From an uncultured Gammaproteobacteria bacterium (GTDB lineage: Bacteria > Patescibacteriota > Patescibacteriia > VMEV01 > CAYQCH01), in the NCBI GenBank assembly GCA_964352335.1, contig CAYGRO010000003.1:24798-88797 (forward strand): a stretch of DNA of 64,000 nucleotides, given 5' to 3'. How positions within the stretch are numbered: position 1 is the stretch's first letter; each line of letters starts with the position of its first letter. Made by a program: the position numbers and the translations under genes. Of the stretch, positions 30,175 to 39,726 are shown one piece after another. Below the pieces are notes generated by a model. It searched no databases. It was not told the DNA's origin and worked only from the letters and a program-made list of their open reading frames with translations.

Positions 30175-30801
30175 TTACATTGAGAGTTGTGGTGAAAACG
30201 ACCGGATCAAACCTTTAACAACCCCTTGAATAATTGGATCTCTTACAAATATTGGTGACATGGTTGAATTAGCAGGCTGTAAACGGATTTTATCTTTTTC
30301 TCGGTAGAATCGCTTAAGTGTTGCATAAGCATTATCGAGAAGGGCAACAACGATATCTCCATTTCTTGGACTTGGGTTTCTTTCTACAATTACGTAATCT
30401 CCGTCTAAAATTCCATCTTCAATCATTGATTCTCCTTTTACACGCAAGACATAGGAATTAGCAGGGTCGTCTACAAGAGTAATAGGAACAGCAATCGTTT
30501 CTCTTTCTTCTAAAGCTTCAATTGGACTACCTGCAGTAATGAGACCAACAAATGGTAAAGAAATAGACGGTGGTGCTGGTAGAGCTTTTGGTGTTAATTC
30601 AATAGAGCGAGCTTCATTATGATTTGAGGTGACATACCCTTTTTCTTCTAGAGCTTTCATATACTGATGAATACTTGAAGGAGATGAAAGATCAAATGCT
30701 TCTGCGATTTCTCTATAACTTGGCATATAGCTAAAGTCTTGGTAGAAGCTAATGAGAAAGTCGAGAATTTGCTTTTGTTTCTTTGTTAATTGAGCTGACA
30801 T
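30175..30801 (-). CDS. lexA: SOS repressor LexA
   Basis: LTKKQKQIL, PSYREIA, ALEEKGY, ARSIE, AG cleavage site (ITAGSP), GESM serine, ATLKR lysine; start at MSAQL. Confidence 0.96.
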   Translation of the reverse strand: MSAQLTKKQKQILDFLISFYQDFSYMPSYREIAEAFDLSSPSSIHQYMKALEEKGYVTSNHNEARSIELTPKALPAPPSISLPFVGLITAGSPIEALEERETIAVPITLVDDPANSYVLRVKGESMIEDGILDGDYVIVERNPSPRNGDIVVALLDNAYATLKRFYREKDKIRLQPANSTMSPIFVRDPIIQGVVKGLIRSFSPQLSM

Positions 30802-30934
30802 ATGGTTTATGTTTTTCACAGAGAGGTATGATGCCAATCTGCGAATGTATACTAATCTACAAATAAGATATGAATATTCTTTTTATTGCACCTACTAGAG
30901 TGCTGAGATCTGTTTTTCTTAACTCAATGATTGA

Positions 30935-30963
30935 ATTATATATGAACAAAACATGAACGTCAA
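30935..30963 (-). promoter_or_regulatory. lexA promoter with direct-repeat LexA box
   Basis: TTGACG-17 bp-TATAAT with GTTC-ATGTTTT-GTTC (30944-30958) lying across the -35 end and spacer. Confidence 0.8.
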
Positions 30964-31084
30964 GTGTATTTAATTTTGGCTAAGGTAAGATCTATCTCTA
31001 TTTTTGTTCATTTTTTGTTTGTAGTTATCCACAGGTCTTCGCTCCTTGAGGAGCTTCGACCTGCACAGCATTCTTTAACCAAAA

Positions 31085-31116
31085 CAAAATCCCCTTTTTA
31101 AACAAAGGGGATTTTG
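31085..31116 (-). terminator. Intrinsic terminator after DUF378 gene
   Basis: CAAAATCCCCTTT...AAAGGGGATTTTG followed by a T-tract on the minus strand. Confidence 0.75.
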
Positions 31117-31138
31117 AAAGAATAGGGTTTATTCTTTT

Positions 31139-31387
31139 TTACATGCTTTTTTTCATTTCGCAATTTTTACAAGCTCCTTCTTTACATTTTTTGCATTTGC
31201 AACCAACGAGAAGAAGAATACCTGCTAGACCTACTAGTACGTAAACAATACGCATAACTAGCGGCCAAGAACCTAGTAAAGCTTCTACTAAGTTCCATTC
31301 GAAAGCTCCTACGAGCCCCCAATTTAGGGCACCAACGATTACCAATAACCAGGCAATCATATGTCCACTACATCCTTTTTTCATCAT
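31139..31387 (-). CDS. DUF378 family membrane protein with Cys-rich tail
   Basis: LVIVGALNWGLVG...NLV..L.G...RIVYVLVGLAG. Confidence 0.88.
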   Translation of the reverse strand: MMKKGCSGHMIAWLLVIVGALNWGLVGAFEWNLVEALLGSWPLVMRIVYVLVGLAGILLLVGCKCKKCKEGACKNCEMKKSM

Positions 31388-31570
31388 AGCAATTAATATT
31401 ACTTATTTAGATAAAATTACGTTGTGTACATTTTATATTAGTGTCGTGACTCATGTAGTATACCATTTACTGCAGAAAATAAACAATAACTTTTACACAA
31501 AATTTCTATTGTTTTTTTATCTAAAATGATATACTTATACTAAATATTTAGTCTTATTTTAAGAGGGATT

Positions 31571-34500
31571 ATGACACAATTTAAAAAATGGAGTTTTTTA
31601 GGTAGTATTCTTTTTCTTACAATTGGTTCATTTCAGTATTTTTTTCAACAACAAAAAGTTGAACCAGCCTATGCAGCCGCTGGTGACGTAGCAGTAACAA
31701 TTACAAGAGCTGGGGATGCTCAAGCTGTAAGCGGAGCCAATATTCAAGTAAATTGTCCGGCAACTGGTAATAGTATTGTTTTAACAGAAGCTCCTCCCTC
31801 TTCTGGAAATTATTCAGGGAGTTTTCTTGGTCAATGTAATAATGGAGACGCTCTTCTTGCAACCATTCAAGTAAGTGGTTTTGTAGACCAAGCAGCACTC
31901 GCATTCCCTGGTAATTATAACCCTGGAACTGACCCAGATTGTGGTAGTAATACACAATGTTTAAATGTAACCAATTTTCAGCCAGGTGTAGCAATTACCG
32001 TAGAAGATGCTGGCTCTACCCCTATTACTGGGGCAACTGTAAGTTCTGCAAGTGTAGGATGTTATGCAGCTCCTGGTGGTGTTTATTTATGTATTGAACC
32101 AGAAGGCGCTGGTTGCCCAACAACAGATACGGCAACAGCCAATGCCAATGGATTTTTAGCTAATACTGGAAATTATAATCGAAGATGTAATGGGAACGAT
32201 GCACAAAGCCAAATAACAATCCAATTGGCTGTTGACCCCAATGCTGGAGGTGGTGGTATTTTCAAGTTTTTACAACAACAAGAATCTGAATCAAATAAGG
32301 AAACCATTCTACCTAAAATTAATACCAAGGCTATTGATATTCAAATTGAAGAATTAAAGCTTGAATCTACTAACCCCATTCTTATTTGCCCATTCCAAAC
32401 TGAAGAAAAAGATCTTGATGTCTATAGTTTTTACACCCCCCAAAATGCTCCGATTTCACCTATTCCAGGAGAAATTGTTCAACCAGGTATTTTTGGATTT
32501 AAAAATACACAAGGAAAAAATGTAAGAATTGAATTTAATAGTACAAATCCTGGTAATAACGATAATTGGAATTTTGAAGTCACACGCTCTCTTTATGAAG
32601 CTGTAGGGGTTCTTCTTTCATCTACAAAATATATTTATCGTGCTTCTTCAACAAATACTTTACAATTGGTTCAAATTTCTGATGCTCAATTTTTTAATCC
32701 ACAAACCTTACAAGTTATCGGAAACCAGACTATTTATGAATATGATGAAAACGGAAATCTAGCACGAGCTTTTATTCACCCTGATTTTAATGAAAACTTA
32801 CGAGAAGAACTTGCATTCGACGCCATTACTCCTCCTTCATCAGCCTTAGATCACTTTATCCCAAGAAGTAGTTGTCAATTAGCAAATGCCCCTCAACTTC
32901 CTCCAGAAAAAACAGCACCTCTTGAAATTGCCAATCCTATTATTCAATCCCCTTCTATTTTAGAGTTTGAATATGACGCAAATTCAAATGAAGTGCGTGT
33001 TGATTGTCCTGTAGAAACAGCCGTAGCTGGTATTGAGTCATTCCTCTTCTCTAAACTCTTTGCGCCAGGGATAATAGAACCAGGAAACTTACCTTTAGAC
33101 CTTGTTTATTTTATTGTTTGTGATAATGAAACAACGAACCTTGGTTTAGGTGAACGATTAGGAGTGATCAATTCATTTGCTTCAACCTTTAATAGAGTCC
33201 CATTGTCTACAGAAGACTGGATTGATGTTTTATTTATTGCCCATGGATCTGAACCAATACAAAAACCTTCTGAAAAGAAATTTGATGAAGCAAAAAATCT
33301 TTTCGTAAAACTCTTTGATCGACAACCAAATGAACAAGATCCACGTGACAGAGAAAAACTAGATCAATTAGTCTTTGGTATACGACCATTACAGCGAGAT
33401 CTCGAAAAAGAATATGGGGCTATTTTAGAATTTGGTTCAATCTTTAGTGCTTTCCCTGCCTCAAATATGGATTGGAATGTGGTAAGAACCCTTGCCTATG
33501 GAGATGATGTAATTGATTTAAATAAAGTAGATCGACAATTAGCAGATATTAGATCTTCATTAGAAAAAGGACCTTGTACAGAAGAAGAAATAGCCGCTTT
33601 AAATGCACAAAAAGCTCTATTAGAACAAGAAGCGGAAAGTCTTACAAAAAAACAAGATAAATTAAAAGATGAAATTAAAGCTTGTAATGATAAGTCCTCT
33701 GATATGCAGACCAAAAAGAATGATGCAAATACAAAAGCAGAAGATGCAGGAAAAAAATCTGACGACGCACAAAAAGAAGCAGATAAAGCAGATCAAGAAA
33801 TAGCAGACTTAGAAAAAGATATCAAAGATTTACAAGAAACATTAACTGGTGGTGATAATGTAGAAACAAAGTCTACAACAGATCCTCTTGGTGGCATTAA
33901 TTCTGGAGCTGCTATTACCTTTGATGGTGGGGTTACATGGGTTGTAGCAACTGGCGAAAGTGGTGCACAACAACTTGCAGAGAATTTGGCAAATAACCCA
34001 GGCATTGTAAAAGATTTGCAAAATAAGAAAAACGAATTGAATGAGAAAAAAGCTGATAAACAAAAAGCCGAAGAAAACAAAGAAAAGGCTGATAAAGAAA
34101 AAGCGGATGCCGAAAAAGAAGCCTCTGACCTAGAAAAACAACTTGAAGCAAAAAAAGCTGATACAGCAAAAAAAGAAAAGGACTTAGATGATATTGGAAA
34201 GCGTATTGATGAATTAAATAAAAAGATTGCCGAATTTAATGAAGTTGCAAAAAAATGCGATATCGCAGCTGCTGGTGCAAAAAGAGAAGCTTCTGAAAAG
34301 CTAAATGAAGCCAAAAAGAAATTAGACAAAATGCCCCCAGAAGAAAAAGAAGAAGCAGAAAATATCTTTGATGAAAATGCAACAGATGAAGAAAAAGGAG
34401 CCGATACAGATGCAGGATATGCTGGTGGAGCAGCTGATAAAGCAGCAGATAAACTAGAAGAAGCAATGCGTGCGGCTTCTGGCTGTAAAGATGGCGATAA

Positions 34501-35170
34501 AAAGTGTGGAGGAACCTATTCCACAGGCAAAACACTCATCGGTAGCGGGACAGAAGGATGGTTCCAAACCCTTCTCTATTTACGTGGCGGTGGTCTTGAT
34601 GGAGATGTTAAATACAATGAAATGGTAAATGATGTTCAAGATGCCTTTGGTAATGTAGAGTCGATTGAACAAGTAGGATTAGCTATTGGAACAACCGTTG
34701 AGGTTTTATCTGGCAGTAGTATTTTAGGGATTGGTATGGCTATTCCTGGTCTTGTTTATGGGGCTTGGTCAAATATAGCAACAGAAGCTGCCTTAAATAG
34801 AATTGCAGAAATTAGAAATGTTGTTCCTAACCCTACAATTGACGGAGACCTCTTCTTCTATGGAGGTTGGGATAAATATAGTCAAGACACCAGAATAGAA
34901 AGATTCATCTGTCTAGATGGAATTTGGCAACCAAATGGATCTTCACTTGTCTCTACCAAAATTACTTGTGAATATAGAGATCCAGCTATTGAAGTTGTCC
35001 CTATCCCAGAAGGAAACCTCCCCGACTACAGTGAAAAAGAAAATGGAAACTGGAGAAACCCAGATAGTCTTAAAAAATTCTCTGAATGGAGAGCAACCCA
35101 ATTAAATGAACACCAACCATTTGGTACCTGCAAAGAACAAATCTTTACGTATAGCCCTAGTTGTGGGTAA
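31571..35170 (+). CDS. Large secreted multidomain protein with long coiled coil
   Basis: Signal/anchor, Cys-paired beta region, GGGG linker, CPR-type 'RDLEKE...DWNVVRTLAY' domain, K/E/D heptad coiled coil, hydrophobic Gly-rich segment, Cys-containing C-terminus. Confidence 0.7.
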   Translation: MTQFKKWSFLGSILFLTIGSFQYFFQQQKVEPAYAAAGDVAVTITRAGDAQAVSGANIQVNCPATGNSIVLTEAPPSSGNYSGSFLGQCNNGDALLATIQVSGFVDQAALAFPGNYNPGTDPDCGSNTQCLNVTNFQPGVAITVEDAGSTPITGATVSSASVGCYAAPGGVYLCIEPEGAGCPTTDTATANANGFLANTGNYNRRCNGNDAQSQITIQLAVDPNAGGGGIFKFLQQQESESNKETILPKINTKAIDIQIEELKLESTNPILICPFQTEEKDLDVYSFYTPQNAPISPIPGEIVQPGIFGFKNTQGKNVRIEFNSTNPGNNDNWNFEVTRSLYEAVGVLLSSTKYIYRASSTNTLQLVQISDAQFFNPQTLQVIGNQTIYEYDENGNLARAFIHPDFNENLREELAFDAITPPSSALDHFIPRSSCQLANAPQLPPEKTAPLEIANPIIQSPSILEFEYDANSNEVRVDCPVETAVAGIESFLFSKLFAPGIIEPGNLPLDLVYFIVCDNETTNLGLGERLGVINSFASTFNRVPLSTEDWIDVLFIAHGSEPIQKPSEKKFDEAKNLFVKLFDRQPNEQDPRDREKLDQLVFGIRPLQRDLEKEYGAILEFGSIFSAFPASNMDWNVVRTLAYGDDVIDLNKVDRQLADIRSSLEKGPCTEEEIAALNAQKALLEQEAESLTKKQDKLKDEIKACNDKSSDMQTKKNDANTKAEDAGKKSDDAQKEADKADQEIADLEKDIKDLQETLTGGDNVETKSTTDPLGGINSGAAITFDGGVTWVVATGESGAQQLAENLANNPGIVKDLQNKKNELNEKKADKQKAEENKEKADKEKADAEKEASDLEKQLEAKKADTAKKEKDLDDIGKRIDELNKKIAEFNEVAKKCDIAAAGAKREASEKLNEAKKKLDKMPPEEKEEAENIFDENATDEEKGADTDAGYAGGAADKAADKLEEAMRAASGCKDGDKKCGGTYSTGKTLIGSGTEGWFQTLLYLRGGGLDGDVKYNEMVNDVQDAFGNVESIEQVGLAIGTTVEVLSGSSILGIGMAIPGLVYGAWSNIATEAALNRIAEIRNVVPNPTIDGDLFFYGGWDKYSQDTRIERFICLDGIWQPNGSSLVSTKITCEYRDPAIEVVPIPEGNLPDYSEKENGNWRNPDSLKKFSEWRATQLNEHQPFGTCKEQIFTYSPSCG

Positions 35171-35205
35171 TACATTCTCCCTTTAAAAAGCAAGGCCCCC
35201 ACCTC

Positions 35206-35478
35206 TCAGGAAGATGTGGGGGTTTTGTCTTGGCTCGTCGCCTCACTCGGAGGAAGCTTAAGACTTGCGTCATTGCTAAACGTAACCAAGGCGATACATA
35301 GACCAATGAGAATGAAGACATACCCCCCAGTGATCAGGGGATACTCTCCAGGAAGATCCTTTTCTCCGCCCACGATGAGACAGATAAAGGTTATTAATCC
35401 AACGAGACACCAGATCAGAAAAACGACCATGGTGTAGTACATCTTTTCGTCAGGAATATGAGACTTCTTTTGCGGCAT
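35206..35478 (-). CDS. Small 2-TM protein (elevated GC)
   Basis: Two hydrophobic helices; AAAGGAG SD 5' of ATG. Confidence 0.7.
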   Translation of the reverse strand: MPQKKSHIPDEKMYYTMVVFLIWCLVGLITFICLIVGGEKDLPGEYPLITGGYVFILIGLCIALVTFSNDASLKLPPSEATSQDKTPTSS

Positions 35479-35528
35479 GTCTAGCTCCTTTGCCTAAACA
35501 AGGTTTACCATACTTTTTTACAAAATGA

Positions 35529-35586
35529 AACGAGCTAGCAAGACAGTCCGCTCCCGTGAGGGTGCATAATGTCGAGCTAGCTCGTT
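35529..35586 (-). terminator. Long hairpin 3' of the GC-rich lipoprotein gene
   Basis: AACGAGCTAGC...GCTAGCTCGTT with inner paired segments. Confidence 0.6.
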
Positions 35587-35605
35587 GTGGGCCAATTACG
35601 CTGGC

Positions 35606-37276
35606 TTAGGGCTTGTCCCGCGCCGTGACCAGGGTCCGGGCCGGGTCGAAGGTCCCGGGGTTGAGAGGGTCTTCCCTTCGCTCGATTGCGAAGAGAAAGT
35701 CCTCACCCAGAGTGGGCGTCCCGTTCTTGATGAACATGTGGCTATCCCTCACGTCGGAGGAACGACCATCGGGCATGAACGACCACTTGTTGTCGTCCCC
35801 CAAGTCCGCGTCGTTGAATGGCAACGTGTGCCGGCCAACGGGGTTGGTGGGGTCGACGTTCAAGCGCGTCGTGCCTTCGTCGAAGGGGAACGGATGCGTT
35901 CCCAGCTGTTGATTGGCCGCATCGCGACGCACCGTGAGCGTGGGAATGACCATCGTCCCGTAGTCCGGTGGACCGAACCAGGCGGGACTGTCGGTGTTGG
36001 TGCACCGCCAGATCGACGAGACCGTGGGAAGCACCCACTTGCCTGCTGCCACCTGGTACGGAATCCCGAACCGCATGTGGGTGTCCCAGATACGGTTGGT
36101 GATATTGCCGGAGCCGTCCAGTCGAACGTGAACGGTAGGGTTACCGTCGAGCGTACGCGACTTGAACGTCTGCGTCATCCCGTTGAAGGTCGCGGTGATG
36201 GTGAAGAACGAGTTGATCCCGTTACCTCCCTTCACGTCGCGCCCCTCGATGAGGATGGGCTGGCCGTTGAAGTCGTTGACCACCGCGGCCTTGTTGGCAT
36301 CGTCGATGGACATCGTACACTGCGTGGTCACCTCCGCCATGCTCGCGAGGTCATAGACCCGGAACCGACGCCGCTCGCCCATCGAGATGAACGAGGGAGC
36401 CTGGATGACCAGCCCCGTGGAAGGAAGTGTGGGAGAGGAAGTCAGTGTCAGCTCATTGCTGACGATGACCTCATTCCAGCCCTGTTGGACGGTAGAGGTT
36501 CCACCGCCAGCGTCGGTGAAGGTCTTGGTCAAGGTGGTCTGAGCACCGACCCCGAAGGAGCGGACCTTGATCTGCTCGTTGTTGAGACGAGCGACGACCT
36601 TGCCGTCCGCATCGACAGCGGCAGCCCCAGACACGACCTCGTAGAAGACGAGGGTCCTGTTGACCGAGGAGGCGTTGTCGGTGTGAACCAGGTTGGTACC
36701 CAGCTCCGCACCGGTCCCGACGTCGATCTGAGCCGGCGCCGAGAGCGTGATGCTCTTGAGCAAGTCCGTCGTGGGGATGGGGTTGCTCCCACCACCGCCA
36801 CCGCCTCCAGTGGAAGCGACGACGACCTCCACGATGTCGGTGATCCTCTCGGTGATCGTCTTGCCGTTCTTCGTCACGGTGAACGTGATCGAAACCTTGC
36901 TAGGCGCAACGGCCAGGATCAGCCCCGTGTTGTCCAACACCTGAACGATGTTGGGGTCGGAGCTATTGACGGAGTCAGCCGTAACCTTCTCCGTCTGGCT
37001 CGTTCCCTTGAAGATCGCCACGATCTCCAGCTGCTGCTGGGTACCCTGGACGAGCTGGAAGGCACGAGGGGTCACCCCGATACCGACGAACTCGAGGTTC
37101 GCAGTGTTGGGGTTGTTGGTGGGTGGAGTGTTCGTCGGTCCACCACCGCTCGGGTTGGCACCTCCGGAGCCAGCGAGCTGGTTACCCTTGGGGCGACGAC
37201 GCGAGTCGCAGGCCTGGAAGATCATCGCCGAAACGATGACGAAGATGATCAGAAACAGGGTGCGCAATCCACGCAT
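35606..37276 (-). CDS. GC-rich putative lipoprotein with bacterial Ig-like (Big_2-type) domains
   Basis: AGGAGG SD before MRGLRTLFLIIFVIVSAMIFQA|C lipobox; G/P/N linker; 'VTP...L..GTQQQL...SSDPNIVQV...G' Ig-like pattern. Confidence 0.7.
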   Translation of the reverse strand: MRGLRTLFLIIFVIVSAMIFQACDSRRRPKGNQLAGSGGANPSGGGPTNTPPTNNPNTANLEFVGIGVTPRAFQLVQGTQQQLEIVAIFKGTSQTEKVTADSVNSSDPNIVQVLDNTGLILAVAPSKVSITFTVTKNGKTITERITDIVEVVVASTGGGGGGGSNPIPTTDLLKSITLSAPAQIDVGTGAELGTNLVHTDNASSVNRTLVFYEVVSGAAAVDADGKVVARLNNEQIKVRSFGVGAQTTLTKTFTDAGGGTSTVQQGWNEVIVSNELTLTSSPTLPSTGLVIQAPSFISMGERRRFRVYDLASMAEVTTQCTMSIDDANKAAVVNDFNGQPILIEGRDVKGGNGINSFFTITATFNGMTQTFKSRTLDGNPTVHVRLDGSGNITNRIWDTHMRFGIPYQVAAGKWVLPTVSSIWRCTNTDSPAWFGPPDYGTMVIPTLTVRRDAANQQLGTHPFPFDEGTTRLNVDPTNPVGRHTLPFNDADLGDDNKWSFMPDGRSSDVRDSHMFIKNGTPTLGEDFLFAIERREDPLNPGTFDPARTLVTARDKP

Positions 37277-37470
37277 AGTACACCTCCTAGGTGTTTGAAA
37301 CGTTGTTTGATATGAAAAAAGCACTCGCTAGCAATATGCCAGCAAATACTCTCTCCCCTTCTATTCTCTCATTACAGTGGCGCATTTAAGCGTATAATGA
37401 AAGAATAGATTAAATTACAATAAAAACGGCTTTTTGTCAAGCCATAAAGCCCCTAATAAAATAGCTAATA

Positions 37471-38661
37471 TTAGGCTAATTTTTTAAATGATTGCATATT
37501 GGAAGCGATAAAAAGGAGGGTAAAACCACCAGCTAAAACAAAAGTTAAGGCAAAGAAAGTTGTCTCATCTAAATAAAGAGCTAATGGGATAAGCAATAAA
37601 TAGAAAAAAACACGAGTAATATTGGTTAAAACTTCCCTCCCCAAAATAAAGGTTGTAGGTGCTTTTTCTCTTTTAGCGAGCTTATAAAAAATACTTGACC
37701 AAGCAACAATTAAAGCAGGATAAAATAAAAAGAAGAGCAAATGACTAATCGATGCTGTTAAAGCAGAGTCAACAAATAGACGACTAAACCAAACGAGAGC
37801 TGTTAATATCGCTGTAACACTCAACACTTTTTTTCTTTTCCCATGATCAGTCATTGAACCAGCAATAAAAGTCATTAAAGAACTGATCAATAGTGAAAGT
37901 GAAATGAGCCCTCCAAATTCTTCTAAATTCCCTATTTGAATAAATAGATACAGTTTCCACAAAACAGTCGCAACAATAAATTCATTGGCATAGCCGATAT
38001 TAGAGATTGTATGCGCCCAATGTTTTTTATTAAAAACAGATTGAAATAAATGCTTCGCAGTTAAATTCGGAGAGACTTTTCGTTTTTTAAAAAACAGAAG
38101 TGGCAAAAGTGCTAAGACTAAAATACAAGCACTTAAAAAGAAGACTGTTTTAAAATTGAATTGCGTAATAATCACAGCACCTAAAAATGGAGCAGCCAAT
38201 GCGACAAGTGAAGTAATCATATGACGCAAACCAAGTTCTTTCCCTAAATCTTTTTTATCACTTGCCCCCGAAAAATCTAAATGATACCCCGTATTAAAAA
38301 AGATCGATTTATAAACAGCAATGAGAGGAATAACCCAAAAGAGCCATGAATAATTTTCTAAAAATGGTATCAACAAAGCTGTCCCCACAAAAAAAGGAAC
38401 GCTTGCAATAAGCATCGATTTATCTGACATTTTTCGCAATATCGGAATACTCAAAAAAGCAGCGATAACAAAATAGACATTTTCTATCGCATAAAATAAT
38501 AAAATCTTCCAAAGTGGATATCCTAATTCCCAAAGAAAAATTGGAATAAAAACTGTCACAAGCCCAAGTGCAAAATTCACCAAGGCAACAGCAAAATAGA
38601 GAGATGTCACTTCCCTATTTCCAAAAAACTGGATATGCCTGGTTATATGATTATTAATCAT
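37471..38661 (-). CDS. MFS transporter
   Basis: About 12 hydrophobic helices in two halves. Confidence 0.8.
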   Translation of the reverse strand: MINNHITRHIQFFGNREVTSLYFAVALVNFALGLVTVFIPIFLWELGYPLWKILLFYAIENVYFVIAAFLSIPILRKMSDKSMLIASVPFFVGTALLIPFLENYSWLFWVIPLIAVYKSIFFNTGYHLDFSGASDKKDLGKELGLRHMITSLVALAAPFLGAVIITQFNFKTVFFLSACILVLALLPLLFFKKRKVSPNLTAKHLFQSVFNKKHWAHTISNIGYANEFIVATVLWKLYLFIQIGNLEEFGGLISLSLLISSLMTFIAGSMTDHGKRKKVLSVTAILTALVWFSRLFVDSALTASISHLLFFLFYPALIVAWSSIFYKLAKREKAPTTFILGREVLTNITRVFFYLLLIPLALYLDETTFFALTFVLAGGFTLLFIASNMQSFKKLA

Positions 38662-39710
38662 TTTTTCACAAAAAGTGTTTGTGTTGGATAAGCAAATTCA
38701 ATTTTCTCTTGAGCAAATACTTTATTTAAAGCAAATAACACTTCTTGTTGCTTATCTAGATACAAAACAAAATCATCATCATTTACAAAATAAGAAAATT
38801 CAAATGTAATAGCAGAGTCGTCAAAACTTATTAAATGAGCTCTATTGAAGGTAACTTGTTCTACCTCATCTACAATCTTTTTAAAGATCTCAGGGATTTT
38901 TTCTAATTTTTCTTGTGGAGTTTCGTAAAGAACACCAACAGAAAAAATAACATTTCTACTTTTTATTCGTCTAAAGTTATTAATTCGGCTGGTCGTTAAT
39001 TCTTGATTAGAAATGATAATCTCTTCTCCTTGCAATGACTGTAATCTTGTTGTTTTAATTCCAACCTTTTTTACTGTCCCAGAATCTTGTCCGACCTGAA
39101 TAAAATCACCAACCTCAAAAGGTTTATCAAAATAAATAGCAAAAGAACTAAATAAATCACCCAAAACATTTTGTAAGGCTAATGCGACGGCAACCCCACC
39201 AATACCTAGCCCCGCAATAAGTGATGTAATATTTACCCCTAAATTTGAAAGAATCAGTAATCCACCAATTAGCCAAAAAACTCCCATGGTCATTTGGCGT
39301 AATAAACCAATCATGGGAGCAGAGCCATTCTTTTTCATCTGATGCTCAGCGATATAGTCAATAAAAACACTAAGAGCATTCACAACCACGATAACTGACC
39401 AAACTGTAAGAATGACATTAGCTGCTGTCTTTAGGTAACTTGGTAATTGTAAAAGGCTTAACGAAATCGAAAATGCAAAAAAAAGATAAAATGAAGTAGA
39501 AATGCTTTTAAGCATTCGTATAACTAAATCATCAATTCCAATAGCTGTTTTTTGTGTTAATGCATATAGTTTATGCAGAATATAAACTATAATAACTTTA
39601 AAGAACACAAATAAGATGATAAATACACCCAAAGCAATACAATACTGTAAAAGCGTATTGGAAAAAAACATCATTCCCCAAAATGGCAAATCTAAAAAAT
39701 CATTTATCAT
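38658..39710 (-). CDS. Small-conductance mechanosensitive channel family protein
   Basis: LIAGLGIGGVAVALALQN, DKPFEVGDFI, GTVKKVGIKTT, IEFAYPTQT. Confidence 0.93.
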   Translation of the reverse strand: MINDFLDLPFWGMMFFSNTLLQYCIALGVFIILFVFFKVIIVYILHKLYALTQKTAIGIDDLVIRMLKSISTSFYLFFAFSISLSLLQLPSYLKTAANVILTVWSVIVVVNALSVFIDYIAEHQMKKNGSAPMIGLLRQMTMGVFWLIGGLLILSNLGVNITSLIAGLGIGGVAVALALQNVLGDLFSSFAIYFDKPFEVGDFIQVGQDSGTVKKVGIKTTRLQSLQGEEIIISNQELTTSRINNFRRIKSRNVIFSVGVLYETPQEKLEKIPEIFKKIVDEVEQVTFNRAHLISFDDSAITFEFSYFVNDDDFVLYLDKQQEVLFALNKVFAQEKIEFAYPTQTLFVKK

Positions 39711-39726
39711 ACAAAACCAGAATACT

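Noticed and set aside
20503-30866. Possible CRISPR array from recurring CGAAT repeats
   Set aside because: Units are short, degenerate and dispersed, with no regular spacers and no cas genes in the window.
31025-31033. DnaA box TTATCCACA as replication origin
   Set aside because: Single box with no cluster and no dnaA nearby; may be regulatory at most.
35585-37315. 576-aa plus-strand ORF
   Set aside because: Antisense shadow of the GC-rich lipoprotein gene; the minus-strand ORF has the SD, lipobox and domain patterns.
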